From an uncultured Clostridium sp. (lineage in GTDB: Bacteria > Bacillota > Clostridia > TANB77 > CAG-508), in the NCBI GenBank assembly GCA_946409935.1, contig CAMJYG010000002.1, forward strand, positions 8,202 through 72,201: a DNA stretch of 64,000 nucleotides, written 5' to 3'. Below are positions 29,424 through 39,577 of the stretch, in pieces. Below the pieces are notes generated by a model. The model had not been told where the DNA came from. It ran no database searches and saw nothing but the letters and a program-made list of their open reading frames with translations. Both the position numbers and the translations under genes were made by a program. Numbering within the stretch: position 1 is the first letter of the stretch; the number at the start of each line of letters is the position of its first letter.

Positions 29424-29855
29424 TTAATACAAATTATCAGAATCAATTCCAAGAATACAATTAGTCATCTTTTCTATTTGTTCAATAGGAAATGGCGGAT
29501 TTGCAATAGGTTTCATTGCTATAGACATTAGTTTTACAGGATTATCATCTGCAGCAATTCTATTTGATTTTAGTGTTCCGCATATTCTACATCTATGAAT
29601 AATAGCCCATTCACCATTTTTTCGAACCCAAACGCCTATTGGTTCCATAAGTCCGCCACAATCTGCTTCTCTATCACCAGGTTCATTATCTAAATGTTGG
29701 CTACAAAGACAATACGGACAGTGATTTCTATGTTCGGTTCCAGCACCAAATGGAATAACTAATCTATCGCACATTTTACATGTAAAACTTTCATCTGAAC
29801 TATTCGTTTTATAATATCCTTTTTCGTATTTTTTTCTTTTATTATCACGATTCAA
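29424..29855 (-). CDS. RNHCP domain protein
   Basis: Contains TEHRNHCPYCLCSQH and multiple Cys pairs. TTG start with an AAGGAGG SD. Confidence 0.75.
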   Translation of the reverse strand: MNRDNKRKKYEKGYYKTNSSDESFTCKMCDRLVIPFGAGTEHRNHCPYCLCSQHLDNEPGDREADCGGLMEPIGVWVRKNGEWAIIHRCRICGTLKSNRIAADDNPVKLMSIAMKPIANPPFPIEQIEKMTNCILGIDSDNLY

Positions 29856-30143
29856 TTTATTTTCCTCCTTACTAGTCAACAGAAAATAAATCAAAAAATA
29901 GCAGTACCACTAAAGTAATCTGCTTATATATAAAATTTATTTTTATTTAATATAAAAAAATAAATGTATATTCAATTACTTCTGTCAACTAAATTATTAT
30001 TCTTTTTTCCATTTTCTCACCTCCTTTTCAATATATTATATAAAATATGATAACATATTTTTATAGTCTTGTCAATATGATTATGTAAACAAGAAACGAG
30101 TTTTAATATTACCTCATATAATTATCCCATAAATAATAAAGTA

Positions 30144-30620
30144 CTAAATTATTTTGTAAACAAGTTCTATTTCATCATTTAAAGGTATATTATTTTCCCC
30201 TAATTTTGGTAAATTAGGCTTAATCTTTCTTATATTGTCAAAAGCATTACAATATAATTTTGATAAGAAAAATCCTCTTTTTTGATAAAATTTTAATGCT
30301 ATCAAATTATCATTAGTAGTTATAACTACTATTCTATCACACTTTTTTAAAGTAGCTATTTCTTTTATTTTATTTAAAAGAAAACTCCCTATCCCTTTTC
30401 TTTCTACAAAACTGTATAATGCAATAATTTCACAAATATCATCATTAATATCATATAATAAAAATCCTACCATTTTATTATTGTCTTCTGCTATAAATCC
30501 TTTAGATTTTGTTCCATCTATAATTTTATTGCGCAAAATTATTTCAGTTGCTCCCCAGTTATTAATCATTATTGTATTAATAATATTTCTATTGTATATA
30601 CTTATTTCTTTTATTTCCAT
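30144..30620 (-). CDS. GNAT-family N-acetyltransferase
   Basis: VERKGIGSFLLNKI acetyl-CoA binding motif (R/Q-x-x-G-x-G/A). Confidence 0.85.
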   Translation of the reverse strand: MEIKEISIYNRNIINTIMINNWGATEIILRNKIIDGTKSKGFIAEDNNKMVGFLLYDINDDICEIIALYSFVERKGIGSFLLNKIKEIATLKKCDRIVVITTNDNLIALKFYQKRGFFLSKLYCNAFDNIRKIKPNLPKLGENNIPLNDEIELVYKII

Positions 30621-30680
30621 ACTTACCTCTTTCTAATTTATTATTTTCTTATTACAATCAAGTTAAAATTATAAATTTCT

Positions 30681-30832
30681 GGCTAAACTTTTGCTAAATT
30701 ATAAAAATCGTTCGTCTAAACTTTGGCTAAAGTTTAATTGAGTTTTTCTTACTATTTGCCTATTTCTCAACATTTTTAATTTTTGATTTCGTCCAAACTT
30801 TTAAGAAATTCGTCTAAACTTCGTCCAAACTT
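30681..30832. repeat. cluster of six 11-nt direct repeats (C/G)G(T/C)C(T/C)AAACTT
   Basis: Copies at 30681, 30713, 30724, 30790, 30811 and 30822. Two pairs are exactly tandem (11-nt phase). Confidence 0.7.
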
Positions 30833-30839
30833 TAAATAA

Positions 30840-31640
30840 TTATTTGTTATCTAAAGTCCATACTGGATATCTATTTGTTCCAATATTTTTTAATATATGT
30901 TCTTTTCTATTCAAACTTTCACTTACTAAATATTTAATTTTTCTTTTTTTCTGTTCATCATCTAGACTATCGGGCAATTTACTTATTAGTAAGTCATCTA
31001 AGTCTTTTTTGGTTATACTTCCAAAATCCTTGATATATTTCAAAACTAAATCTTTATAGTATTGGTCATCAAATCCAGATTTTTTTGTATAAGATACTTT
31101 ATCATCTACTATTTCAGAAACACCTTTTGAAACATATATATTTGGATATCTACCTTCAATTAGGTGTCCTTTACGAAGTACATCAGATTGCTCTTTAGAA
31201 ATTGTTATATTTTTTTGGACTCTATCCAATAACATAACCGTTTCTAAACTTAAGTCACTATTTTCAAATAATACACTTGTATATTTTTCATTAATAACTT
31301 TTCCATAAATTGTAACTCTATTATCTTCACTAAAATCATAGTCAAGCATAGGAAAATATCTTGCTCTTAATTTTTCAAAACTTCTTTTTATTCCCATACC
31401 AGCAGTATCTATTAAATTTAGATTTACCATTGCTTGAGCCAAATATGTATTTCTATAATATGGTGGAATATAATCATCATTTATAATTAGAGTGTCTATT
31501 GTTGCAGGAATAAATTTTCCTTCATTAACGATTTCAACTTTATCTTTCATCTCAAGAATATTAACTCTTCCAGATACTCTGTAATCTTGGTGGGCAATGG
31601 CGTTGTTAAGTAATTCCCTTAATATACTTATATCGTATTT
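30840..31640 (-). pseudogene. HATPase_c_4/wHTH part of an AlbA_2 (Schlafen-like) ATP-binding regulator, N-terminus missing
   Basis: ILRELLNNAIAHQDYRVSG...RNTYLAQAMVNLNLIDTAGMGIKR. The frame is open upstream of the first Met with no start, and the AlbA_2 domain is absent. Confidence 0.65.
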
Positions 31641-32511
31641 ATCAATTTCTTCAGGAAATAAAGCTACTAAAAGAACTGTTAACTTGACTGAAAATATAAA
31701 TGATATCTTAGTTGATACTTTAAATATTGGAAAGAAAGTTTTTTATAAGGAAACCATAAATCAGAGTGAATTACTAGATTATTTTGCAAAATATGGCTCT
31801 TTTGGCTTTTTAATTGACCTAGCTATAAATAAATATTTCGTTTTAGATAGTAAAGTTGCAATAAGAGACGCTTTTTATTTGAATAATAAAGAAAATATTG
31901 AATTTATGGATATCGATGAATACTTAAAAATATTTTTTCCAGAGTTAAATAAGAGAGAAATTAATAGTCTGATAAAAAAATGTGAAAAAACTGCAAGTGA
32001 TACAACTAAAGAAGATTATTTAACATCTATGATAAATGAATACTTAATATATTCTGAGCATTATGCAGAACCAATTGAATTAATTTTAAATTATGCTAGA
32101 TCTTTGTATAAAAATTTAGCTACAACATTGGATCATGAGCCATCAACTATGAAATTACCTTTTTTAAGTGTAAATCATTTAGAGCATAATTTTGATGACT
32201 TATATAGAAATAATAGTTTTGGATTTATAATAAACTACCTAAAACAAGCTATTGATGTAAATTATGCTATTCAAATGGGGCAAGATGTTCGACTTCTTAA
32301 AATATGCAATTTCTGCAATAAGGCTTTTATTGCAAAAAATCCTAAAGCAGAATATGATACTTATAATTGTAAGAATAAGGCTAATGTATATAAAAGTAGG
32401 GCAAAAAGCTCAAATATGGTACATACTGATAAAGGTATTGCAGTTAAATTGCCTAGTGATGATATTTCAGAGGAATTAGTGAAAAATCTAAATAAGAAAA
32501 AAAATAAATAA
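31597..32511 (+). CDS. hypothetical protein with C-terminal zinc-ribbon (CxxC...C) and basic tail; start uncertain
   Basis: CNFCNKAFIAKNPKAEYDTYNCKNKANVYKSRAK. The first ~30 codons are antisense to the truncated gene on the other strand. Confidence 0.55.
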   Translation: MALLSNSLNILISYLSISSGNKATKRTVNLTENINDILVDTLNIGKKVFYKETINQSELLDYFAKYGSFGFLIDLAINKYFVLDSKVAIRDAFYLNNKENIEFMDIDEYLKIFFPELNKREINSLIKKCEKTASDTTKEDYLTSMINEYLIYSEHYAEPIELILNYARSLYKNLATTLDHEPSTMKLPFLSVNHLEHNFDDLYRNNSFGFIINYLKQAIDVNYAIQMGQDVRLLKICNFCNKAFIAKNPKAEYDTYNCKNKANVYKSRAKSSNMVHTDKGIAVKLPSDDISEELVKNLNKKKNK

Positions 32512-32902
32512 TAGAAATTGCTTTGATTTTATTGTTTTTTATATATTTTTAAAGTATAATAGTTACATCCTTTCAAAAGGAAATCTTTTAGAAGGGAGGT
32601 GCAACATAGTGACTTCATTTGATTTAATCTGGTGATTAATTGTGTTATTGCTTTTAAGCAATAGCAATGATGAAAGCCAAGACAAAAAAAAAGAATAATC
32701 TTTGGGAGCAGGGCGGGAAACCTGTTCTTTTCTTTTGAGCAAAAAAAATGAGATATGCGGGAACATATCTCGGTGCAAATCTTGACTTCATTTGACTTGC
32801 TAGCTAATGTTATTATAACATCTATTTTAGTATATGTCAAATAATTTTCGAATATTCAAAAATGTGTTTTAAATTTTGTAAGCGATATTTTTAAAATCCC
32901 CT

Positions 32903-33949
32903 CTATCTATTTTGAAACACCAAATTGCTAATAAATTGATTTAATTTTTTTTCATCTAAAAGTTCTACATTAACAGTATAAATTTTATCTCTGCTTGCTA
33001 TTACTAATTCGTTATCATATTTTGTTAAACCTGAATTATTAATATATCTATCTATAAAAATAGATACATCTGAATACTTATAATCAAAAACCTTTCCATC
33101 AATTTTAATTTTTCCTTCATTTGGAAAAGAAATCCTCATTGCCAAACTCTTCCATTCAGCAATCACAACGCCTAATAATATAATGTCAAATAAACCTACG
33201 AAACCTACAAATAAAAATTCCTTTATAATAGCTAAATATATGGATAAAATCATACATAGCATGAACACAATTAACAAAAACCAAAATATAATACTTGAAC
33301 TTTTTGATATTTTTATTTTTTGGTTTGGATCTTTTACACCTATAATTCTTTCTCTTCCTTCAAAAAAATTAATTAAATCTGTAGTTTTACTATCATATTC
33401 ATTTTCCGATTCTCTCCACTTTTCTTCGGATATTTCATATTTATTCTTGGTATTTAAGCTATTTAATAAAAGCGATATTTTTTCTGCACCAACACTTTTA
33501 ATATCAAAATGTATTTGCACATTCTTTTGTTCGATATATAAGTCGTATGTTTCATATGTTTCATGCATTCTATTATATTTATTATAATGTCTGTGTTTTT
33601 CACATTTTACATATATTCTTGGATATTTTGAAATATCAATTGAAGTTCTTTTGCCTAATCTATTTTCTAATATTAATTCATTTTCATCAAAATATAATGT
33701 CGATTTTTCATATAGATATCCTAATATACTAAGAATTGCAGATATTATAAATATAACAGTTTGTCTTGTATCTAAATTTTTATAAATAATTAATAATATT
33801 AGAAATAATAGAAAAATCATTAAAGGATATACCCATACAATTGATTTCATCATATTAATACTTAAATCTTTATCTTTTACACTACATATTACTTTTTCAC
33901 TACCGAAATTACTATATATTTCTCTTGCTTTTCTATCTGTAATATCCAT
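32903..33949 (-). CDS. membrane protein with two (2-TM + soluble beta-rich) modules
   Basis: Internal start with an AAGGAGGAG SD. Two hydrophobic hairpins, each followed by about 100 aa. Confidence 0.6.
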   Translation of the reverse strand: MDITDRKAREIYSNFGSEKVICSVKDKDLSINMMKSIVWVYPLMIFLLFLILLIIYKNLDTRQTVIFIISAILSILGYLYEKSTLYFDENELILENRLGKRTSIDISKYPRIYVKCEKHRHYNKYNRMHETYETYDLYIEQKNVQIHFDIKSVGAEKISLLLNSLNTKNKYEISEEKWRESENEYDSKTTDLINFFEGRERIIGVKDPNQKIKISKSSSIIFWFLLIVFMLCMILSIYLAIIKEFLFVGFVGLFDIILLGVVIAEWKSLAMRISFPNEGKIKIDGKVFDYKYSDVSIFIDRYINNSGLTKYDNELVIASRDKIYTVNVELLDEKKLNQFISNLVFQNR

Positions 33950-34161
33950 TTTCTCCTCCTTCGTGATAATACTTTTATATATAATTGATATACCATAAAA
34001 TAAAATATGTGTCAACAAAAAATACCTTTTTCAATCGATATGCTCTTATCTCTATAAAAATATTAGAAAATTAAACTTTTTTACTTTCATAAAAATTATT
34101 GATTAAAATAAAAAAATATGATATATAGATTATTAATAAAACAAAAGAAAGGAGAATTGTT

Positions 34162-34410
34162 ATGGCAGATAGAAGAATGGGAGATAGAAGAACTCCAGAT
34201 AAGGGAACTATTAATATCAAATTTAAAGACGCGGTTATAGTAATAATTGTAGCTGTTATTTTAATCATATCTATTGCTATAAATATAATTCTATGTATAA
34301 AGAATAGACAATATAAAGATAAACTTGAATTATATGAAACTGATTTTCAAAGTTCAATTATCGATTTAGATACAGAGGACTCTTTTGAATCAAATGTTAC
34401 TCAAAAGTAA
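34162..34410 (+). CDS. small single-pass membrane protein
   Basis: SD AAAGGAGA. N-terminal MADRRMGDRRTPD and one TM helix. The overlapping minus-strand ORF lacks an SD. Confidence 0.55.
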   Translation: MADRRMGDRRTPDKGTINIKFKDAVIVIIVAVILIISIAINIILCIKNRQYKDKLELYETDFQSSIIDLDTEDSFESNVTQK

Positions 34411-34605
34411 TTGAAAAGAATAAACTATAAAACACAAGTACATTCATATTTTATAGTTTATTCTTTTTATAATGTACAATTATTAATTAACAAGATAACC
34501 TTTCATCCAATTGCTGATATTTAAGTAAAAATTTGACAAATCTACATAAAAGGTGTACAATATATTTAGTTTAAAAAATATACCAAAAGATAAAGGAGGG
34601 GTATT

Positions 34606-35742
34606 ATGATTAAAAATAAAAATGTTATTTTTAAATTTCTATTAACATTAGTATTCATTAGTATTTTTACTCTTAACGGAAAGGTAGATGCAGTTAGTCA
34701 AATTTTAGGCGATGTAAATTTGGATGGAGAAATTGATATATCAGATGCGTTATTAGTTTCAAGATATGCAGAAGGTCTTACAAAATTAAGTAAGCAGGCA
34801 TTAAAAAATGCAGATGTAAATTTAGATGGAAAAGTTAATAAAACAGATGCTAAACTTATAAGCAAAAAAGATGCAGGTTACGATATACAATTCCCATATG
34901 TATTAAGATACGGAGATGTAAATCTAGATGGAAAAGTAGATATTAGTGATGCCCACTTATTGCTTCAAGCATTAAGAAAGAAAACAAATTTAAGTTCACA
35001 AGCAAAAAGAAATGCTGATGTTTACAAAGATGGAAAAATAGATATGGCTGACACAATTATGATATCAAGATTTGATGCGGGATTATTAAAGAAACTCCCA
35101 TATAGTCCACAACTTGGAGATGTTAATTTTGATGGAACAATTGACGTTGCAGATGCACTTTTGATATCAAGATATGTTAAATTTGGAGGATATTATCAAG
35201 GAAAACAAATTTTAAATTTGGCTCAACAACATAATGCAGATTTTAATCAAGATGGAGAAATAAATATGACAGATGCAAACTTAATAGCTAAGTCAGACGC
35301 AGGATTAGAAACTCAAAATTCAAGCAATTTGTCTGGGGATGTTAATATGGATGGCAAAGTAAATATTGCTGATGCTCTTATGATAGCAAGATATTTAAAA
35401 CAAGTAACAGATTTAAGCCTACAGGCTCAACAGAATGCAGATGTTGATAAAAATGGAGTAATAAATAATGCAGATGTAAATTTAATAAGTAAATATGATG
35501 CTAAACTGATAAAAACATTACCATCTAAACCTATCTTATATGGCGATCTTAATTCAGATGGAAAAGTTACAATAGCGGATGCACTAAAATTAGCAAGATT
35601 TAAAAATGGTTTAGTAGAACTTACTGAGGCACAAAAACATATAGCAGATGTAAATTGTGATGGAAAATTAGATGATGACGATATCTCATTAATTAGCAAA
35701 TATGAAACTAAACTAATTGATGTGTTACCAGTTAATCAATAA
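34606..35742 (+). CDS. secreted protein consisting only of five tandem type-I dockerin modules
   Basis: Signal peptide, then ten EF-hand-like segments (GDVNLDGxIDISDAL / ADVNxDGKxxxxD) in five pairs. Confidence 0.85.
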   Translation: MIKNKNVIFKFLLTLVFISIFTLNGKVDAVSQILGDVNLDGEIDISDALLVSRYAEGLTKLSKQALKNADVNLDGKVNKTDAKLISKKDAGYDIQFPYVLRYGDVNLDGKVDISDAHLLLQALRKKTNLSSQAKRNADVYKDGKIDMADTIMISRFDAGLLKKLPYSPQLGDVNFDGTIDVADALLISRYVKFGGYYQGKQILNLAQQHNADFNQDGEINMTDANLIAKSDAGLETQNSSNLSGDVNMDGKVNIADALMIARYLKQVTDLSLQAQQNADVDKNGVINNADVNLISKYDAKLIKTLPSKPILYGDLNSDGKVTIADALKLARFKNGLVELTEAQKHIADVNCDGKLDDDDISLISKYETKLIDVLPVNQ

Positions 35743-35744
35743 AA

Positions 35745-35776
35745 TAAAAAACTCGCACTTTGGGCGAGTTTTTTAT
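35745..35776. terminator. bidirectional terminator
   Basis: A-run, ACTCGC-ACTTTGG-GCGAGT, T6. Confidence 0.8.
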
Positions 35777-35781
35777 TTATA

Positions 35782-36033
35782 TTAAACAAGCATATTTCTC
35801 ATAAGTATAATTCCTCTTATTGCTATTATAATAAATATTACAACATATATTAAACATAACATAATACCAAAAGTCGCTTTAATATCCTTTTTTTGTTTGT
35901 TTTGCATAATTCCAAAAATGATACCAACTATCGCACAAACACTTGGAATCGCTCCAAATGATATTTTAGTAACTAATACTATAAATATCATAATAAGAGA
36001 AATGATACCTAATATTAATGATGTTAATCCCAT
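35782..36033 (-). CDS. small membrane protein (DUF4190-like)
   Basis: MGLTSLILGIISLIM motif shared with 9003..9722. 3 TM. Confidence 0.6.
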   Translation of the reverse strand: MGLTSLILGIISLIMIFIVLVTKISFGAIPSVCAIVGIIFGIMQNKQKKDIKATFGIMLCLIYVVIFIIIAIRGIILMRNMLV

Positions 36034-36062
36034 AACAGACTGTCCCCTTTTTTATCTGATAA

Positions 36063-36374
36063 TTAATTATTCTTCATATTTTTTACAAGCTTTACACAAT
36101 CAATCAAATATAAAATACCAAATATTATACTTATAAGATCACCATTTAACATCAATAAAATAGATACAATAATTCCGCATATAGCTCCATACATTTTATT
36201 ATCATTTAAGCCTATTATAGTAGCAATTATAACAAGTAATTGTGCGATACATATAACAACTGATAAAGCATTTAATGTTCCTCCCATTACTTTTAACACA
36301 AATGCTATTATTGCCAATACAAGTATCCCTACTGCAAACCATTTTGCATTTTTTACTGCTTTTTCATAATCCAT
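36063..36374 (-). CDS. small membrane protein
   Basis: 3 TM. Start at MDYEK with an AAAGGAG SD. Confidence 0.55.
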   Translation of the reverse strand: MDYEKAVKNAKWFAVGILVLAIIAFVLKVMGGTLNALSVVICIAQLLVIIATIIGLNDNKMYGAICGIIVSILLMLNGDLISIIFGILYLIDCVKLVKNMKNN

Positions 36375-36699
36375 GTAAATTACTCCTTTCATTTGTTTAT
36401 TTAATATTACTTTTATAAAAAAATAGTAACATAATAAAATTTAATTGTCAACTAGATAAAAAATATATAATTCATAATGCTACTTTAAGTTTCAGTATTT
36501 TTTATAATATGGCTTGAAATATGTTATTTTGAAATACTGTGTAATCAACCAAACGATCAAAGCAAGTACAATTTGAACAATTTACATACTTGTTTTTTAT
36601 AAATCTACTTGTTAGTTTATAAATTTAGCATGTATTCTATATATTTTATCATTAAGGTACTTCGTAATCGTTTTCAAAATTACTCAAATGTGTAAAAAA

Positions 36700-37531
36700 T
36701 ATGTCGAAAATGCTTAGCCTATTTTTGAAAAACTACTAAAAAAATTACCTTTCTCTACTTTTCTTTTTCTCCTGTTTTCCTTTTACAAATTCCTCTGCCC
36801 TTTGTTTTTCTAATTCTCTTACTTTATATTCTGCAACTAATTTTTCTAACTAATCTTACTCTTCTTGAAAAATATGGAGCTTTTACTGTAAAATGTTGTC
36901 CTCTGTCGTTTATCTCGTAACCTTTTGAATATAGTCTAAATTTAAATTCTTCGTACGTTTTAGCCTCTTTTATTGCATAATCTATATCATTTATTATCCT
37001 TTGCATTTTTTTGTCAGAACGGTTAAATTTGTCGACTTGCTTTTGTCTATAAGATTTCTGTTTTTCAGCTTTTTCTGTTTTTATAACAGATAACCCATAT
37101 TCTTCACATAGCGTATCTGATGTATCTCTTATTAGTGCAATCTATGTTTTACCATTGTGATATTTTTTTCCATCTATAAATGATACTGAATTTAGTAGGA
37201 TATGGTTATGAACATTTGCTTTGTTTATATGTGTACATATTATAATCTGATATTTATCACCCCACAATTCATATGCTAACTTTCTTCCAATTTCATTTGC
37301 TGTTTCATCTGATACTTCATTTCCATTAAATGATTGAATAATATGGTATCCTTGTACTTTATCTTCTTTATGAAAAAATCTTTTAGTTAATGCCATTTCT
37401 TCATAGGCATTTGTTTGTAGGCAATTTATTGCTGAAACTAATAGTCCTTTATCTGTTTTGTCTCCATTTTTTGCATAATCAATAACTCCATTTAAATTAT
37501 TTTTTATTGTTTTTATCTTTATTACTGCCAT
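36700..37531 (-). pseudogene. MobA/VirD2-type relaxase broken by stops/frameshifts
   Basis: N-terminal part is intact (HIIQSF...HINKANVHNHILLN histidine triad) and ends at 37142. It continues in other frames (IALIRDTSDTLCEEYGLSV..., MQRIINDIDYAIKEAK...). Confidence 0.75.
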
Positions 37532-37574
37532 CTTTTTCTCCTTCTATTTATAAATAGCATCAGTAATTTTCAAC

Positions 37575-37904
37575 TTACTTTAATTTTTGTCTTGAATAAA
37601 TTTTCTTTTCAAACTCCATAATAAAATCTTTTATTGAGTTTTTGATATATTCTAAATCTTGCCCTCTAATATATTGAAACAGGTATGAGTTATGTGTTAT
37701 TTGATTTATATTATTTGCAACTCCTGTTAACTTTCTGTGCATATCTTTTATTTTTTCAGTTGGTTGTTCCTTTATTTTGTAACCTTTGATACAACTTCTT
37801 AAAAATTCTGCTTCAGTTAGTCCTGCTTTGTCTGATTTTTGTTTTAATAATTTATTTTCTTTTGCATCTAGCCATAACTGTTTTTTTATTGTCCTTTTTC
37901 TCAA
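37575..37904 (-). CDS. mobC: MobC-family relaxosome accessory protein
   Basis: LTEAEFLRSCI...LTGVANNINQI motif. TTG start with an AAAGGAG SD. Confidence 0.75.
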   Translation of the reverse strand: MRKRTIKKQLWLDAKENKLLKQKSDKAGLTEAEFLRSCIKGYKIKEQPTEKIKDMHRKLTGVANNINQITHNSYLFQYIRGQDLEYIKNSIKDFIMEFEKKIYSRQKLK

Positions 37905-37969
37905 AATATCGTCTCCTTTCTCAAAAAAATAACAGCCATTTTTTTGACTGCTTTCTTAAATTTATAAAA

Positions 37970-38070
37970 TATTCAAAGGGGTTTGGGGAAAGAATTTTCC
38001 CCATCTAAAATTTTGGCACAAAATTTCAAGCGGTATTTATACGGGAGTATAAATGCGTTGCTTGCTTTTA
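37970..38070. promoter_or_regulatory. candidate oriT region
   Basis: Inverted repeats GGGGAAAGAATTTTCCCC and GTATTTATAC-GGGA-GTATAAATGC immediately upstream of mobC. Confidence 0.35.
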
Positions 38071-38204
38071 ATATTATAACAGCTACAATTTAGCCCCAAA
38101 TTAGCTTTACATACTAAAAACTTATTTATTTTTGATATTTTTTTGGTTCAAAAAAAGGAGAAATTTATTTCAAACTTCCCCTTAAAATTTTATTTTGATT
38201 CTCT

Positions 38205-38522
38205 TTATTTTTCTTTAATTAATCCAACATCTTTTAAGTATAAAAACATTTCTTTACACCCTAATAAGAAGATATCTTTTTCTTCATAATCTTGCATATT
38301 CATATAAATATTTATTAGCTTTTGTAACATTTTACATTCATCTTCGTCTAAAGATACTCTTATATTTTCTTCTAATAAATTTTGTAATTTTGGATATTCA
38401 TTCATTATTTTATCAAATTCACTTTTTAGATTTTTATACTTTAAATTCTTGTCAAATAAATCTATTCTTTTTTCCTCAATAGCTTCATTTAAATACATTT
38501 CATATAATCTTTTTTCTTCCAT
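38205..38522 (-). CDS. hypothetical protein
   Basis: 105-aa ORF with an SD. Confidence 0.6.
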   Translation of the reverse strand: MEEKRLYEMYLNEAIEEKRIDLFDKNLKYKNLKSEFDKIMNEYPKLQNLLEENIRVSLDEDECKMLQKLINIYMNMQDYEEKDIFLLGCKEMFLYLKDVGLIKEK

Positions 38523-38547
38523 ATTTTTTCCCTCTTTTCCTATATTT

Positions 38548-38952
38548 TTAATTATTAACGTTATAAATTATTTCTTTTAAAATTATCTCTTCCGCTCTAT
38601 TTTTTATATTATTCATACACTTTACCCATTCAAGTTGATTATTAGCTTTTAATTCTTCTGTTACATTTTCTTTTTCTGCCATTTGTTTTATTAATATTTC
38701 CATTCGTTCTTCACATTCTTCATCAATATTATGAAGATACTCATTTAATTTTAAATTCATAAATAGAATTGAATAGAGCGGTTTATTGTGTTCTTTTAAA
38801 TATCTTAATTTTAGTTTTCCATATCTTCTAATTGGATAATTTGTACTTTCTGGTGCTAAAACTAGATTTGGCACATAGTAGTAGCCTTGTCCTATATATT
38901 CTATCCCTGTTTTTTCATCTATAAATCTTTCTTTTAATTCTGTATTTTCCAT
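38548..38952 (-). CDS. TnpV-like protein
   Basis: GIEYIGQGYYYVPNL...YLKEHNKPLY...ELKANNQLEWVKCMNNIKNRAEEIILKEIIY resembles Tn4451 TnpV. Confidence 0.6.
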   Translation of the reverse strand: MENTELKERFIDEKTGIEYIGQGYYYVPNLVLAPESTNYPIRRYGKLKLRYLKEHNKPLYSILFMNLKLNEYLHNIDEECEERMEILIKQMAEKENVTEELKANNQLEWVKCMNNIKNRAEEIILKEIIYNVNN

Positions 38953-38977
38953 TTTCTAATTTCTCCTTTTACTTAAT

Positions 38978-39577
38978 TCAATTATAATTAGCATACAACT
39001 TCTCTAATTCCTCAAACTTATAATTTCTACCCTCATAATTACTTTTATTATTTCGAATGCTATAATTATATATATTATTTTTATTTATATTATTATAGTT
39101 ATTATGGACTGTTGATTTTGAACATTCAGGACTGCTGTTTTCATACTCTCCTGACTGCTTATTTTCAGCACTACTAAATTTTAATATTTTTTCATTTTCA
39201 ATCATTCCTATGGTTTTTCCTAAATAAATTATATTTGGTAGATTTTTTCCTTGCTTTTTTTCTTGTATTAGTTTACAATCTTTAAGTAAAGCAATTGCAT
39301 TATCAAGTGCTGCTCGTTTGAGATGAAGTTTTTCTTGAATTTCATCTCTTTTAAATATTACATACATATTATTTTTATCATCATAAAATTTTACTTTTGA
39401 ATTTTTATCTATCTGTTTAAATGATAGCTCTAGCCTATCGGCTAAAATAGAAAACAATAATATTGAATTTGGTGTTAGGGTTTTATATTCGTCCCTTTCT
39501 AGTAGTTCTCTGGGGACTTGTATAAAACTTTTAAAATCATTTTTCTCCCATTTTTTATATGGTGTAAATTTATTCAC
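38978..39577 (-). CDS. RepA_N-type replication initiator
   Basis: FIQVPRELLERDEYKTLTPNSILLFSILADRLELS...VIFKRDEIQEKL. GTG start with a GGGAGG SD. TTCTAGAA palindromes upstream (39610-39735). Confidence 0.75.
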   Translation of the reverse strand: MNKFTPYKKWEKNDFKSFIQVPRELLERDEYKTLTPNSILLFSILADRLELSFKQIDKNSKVKFYDDKNNMYVIFKRDEIQEKLHLKRAALDNAIALLKDCKLIQEKKQGKNLPNIIYLGKTIGMIENEKILKFSSAENKQSGEYENSSPECSKSTVHNNYNNINKNNIYNYSIRNNKSNYEGRNYKFEELEKLYANYN

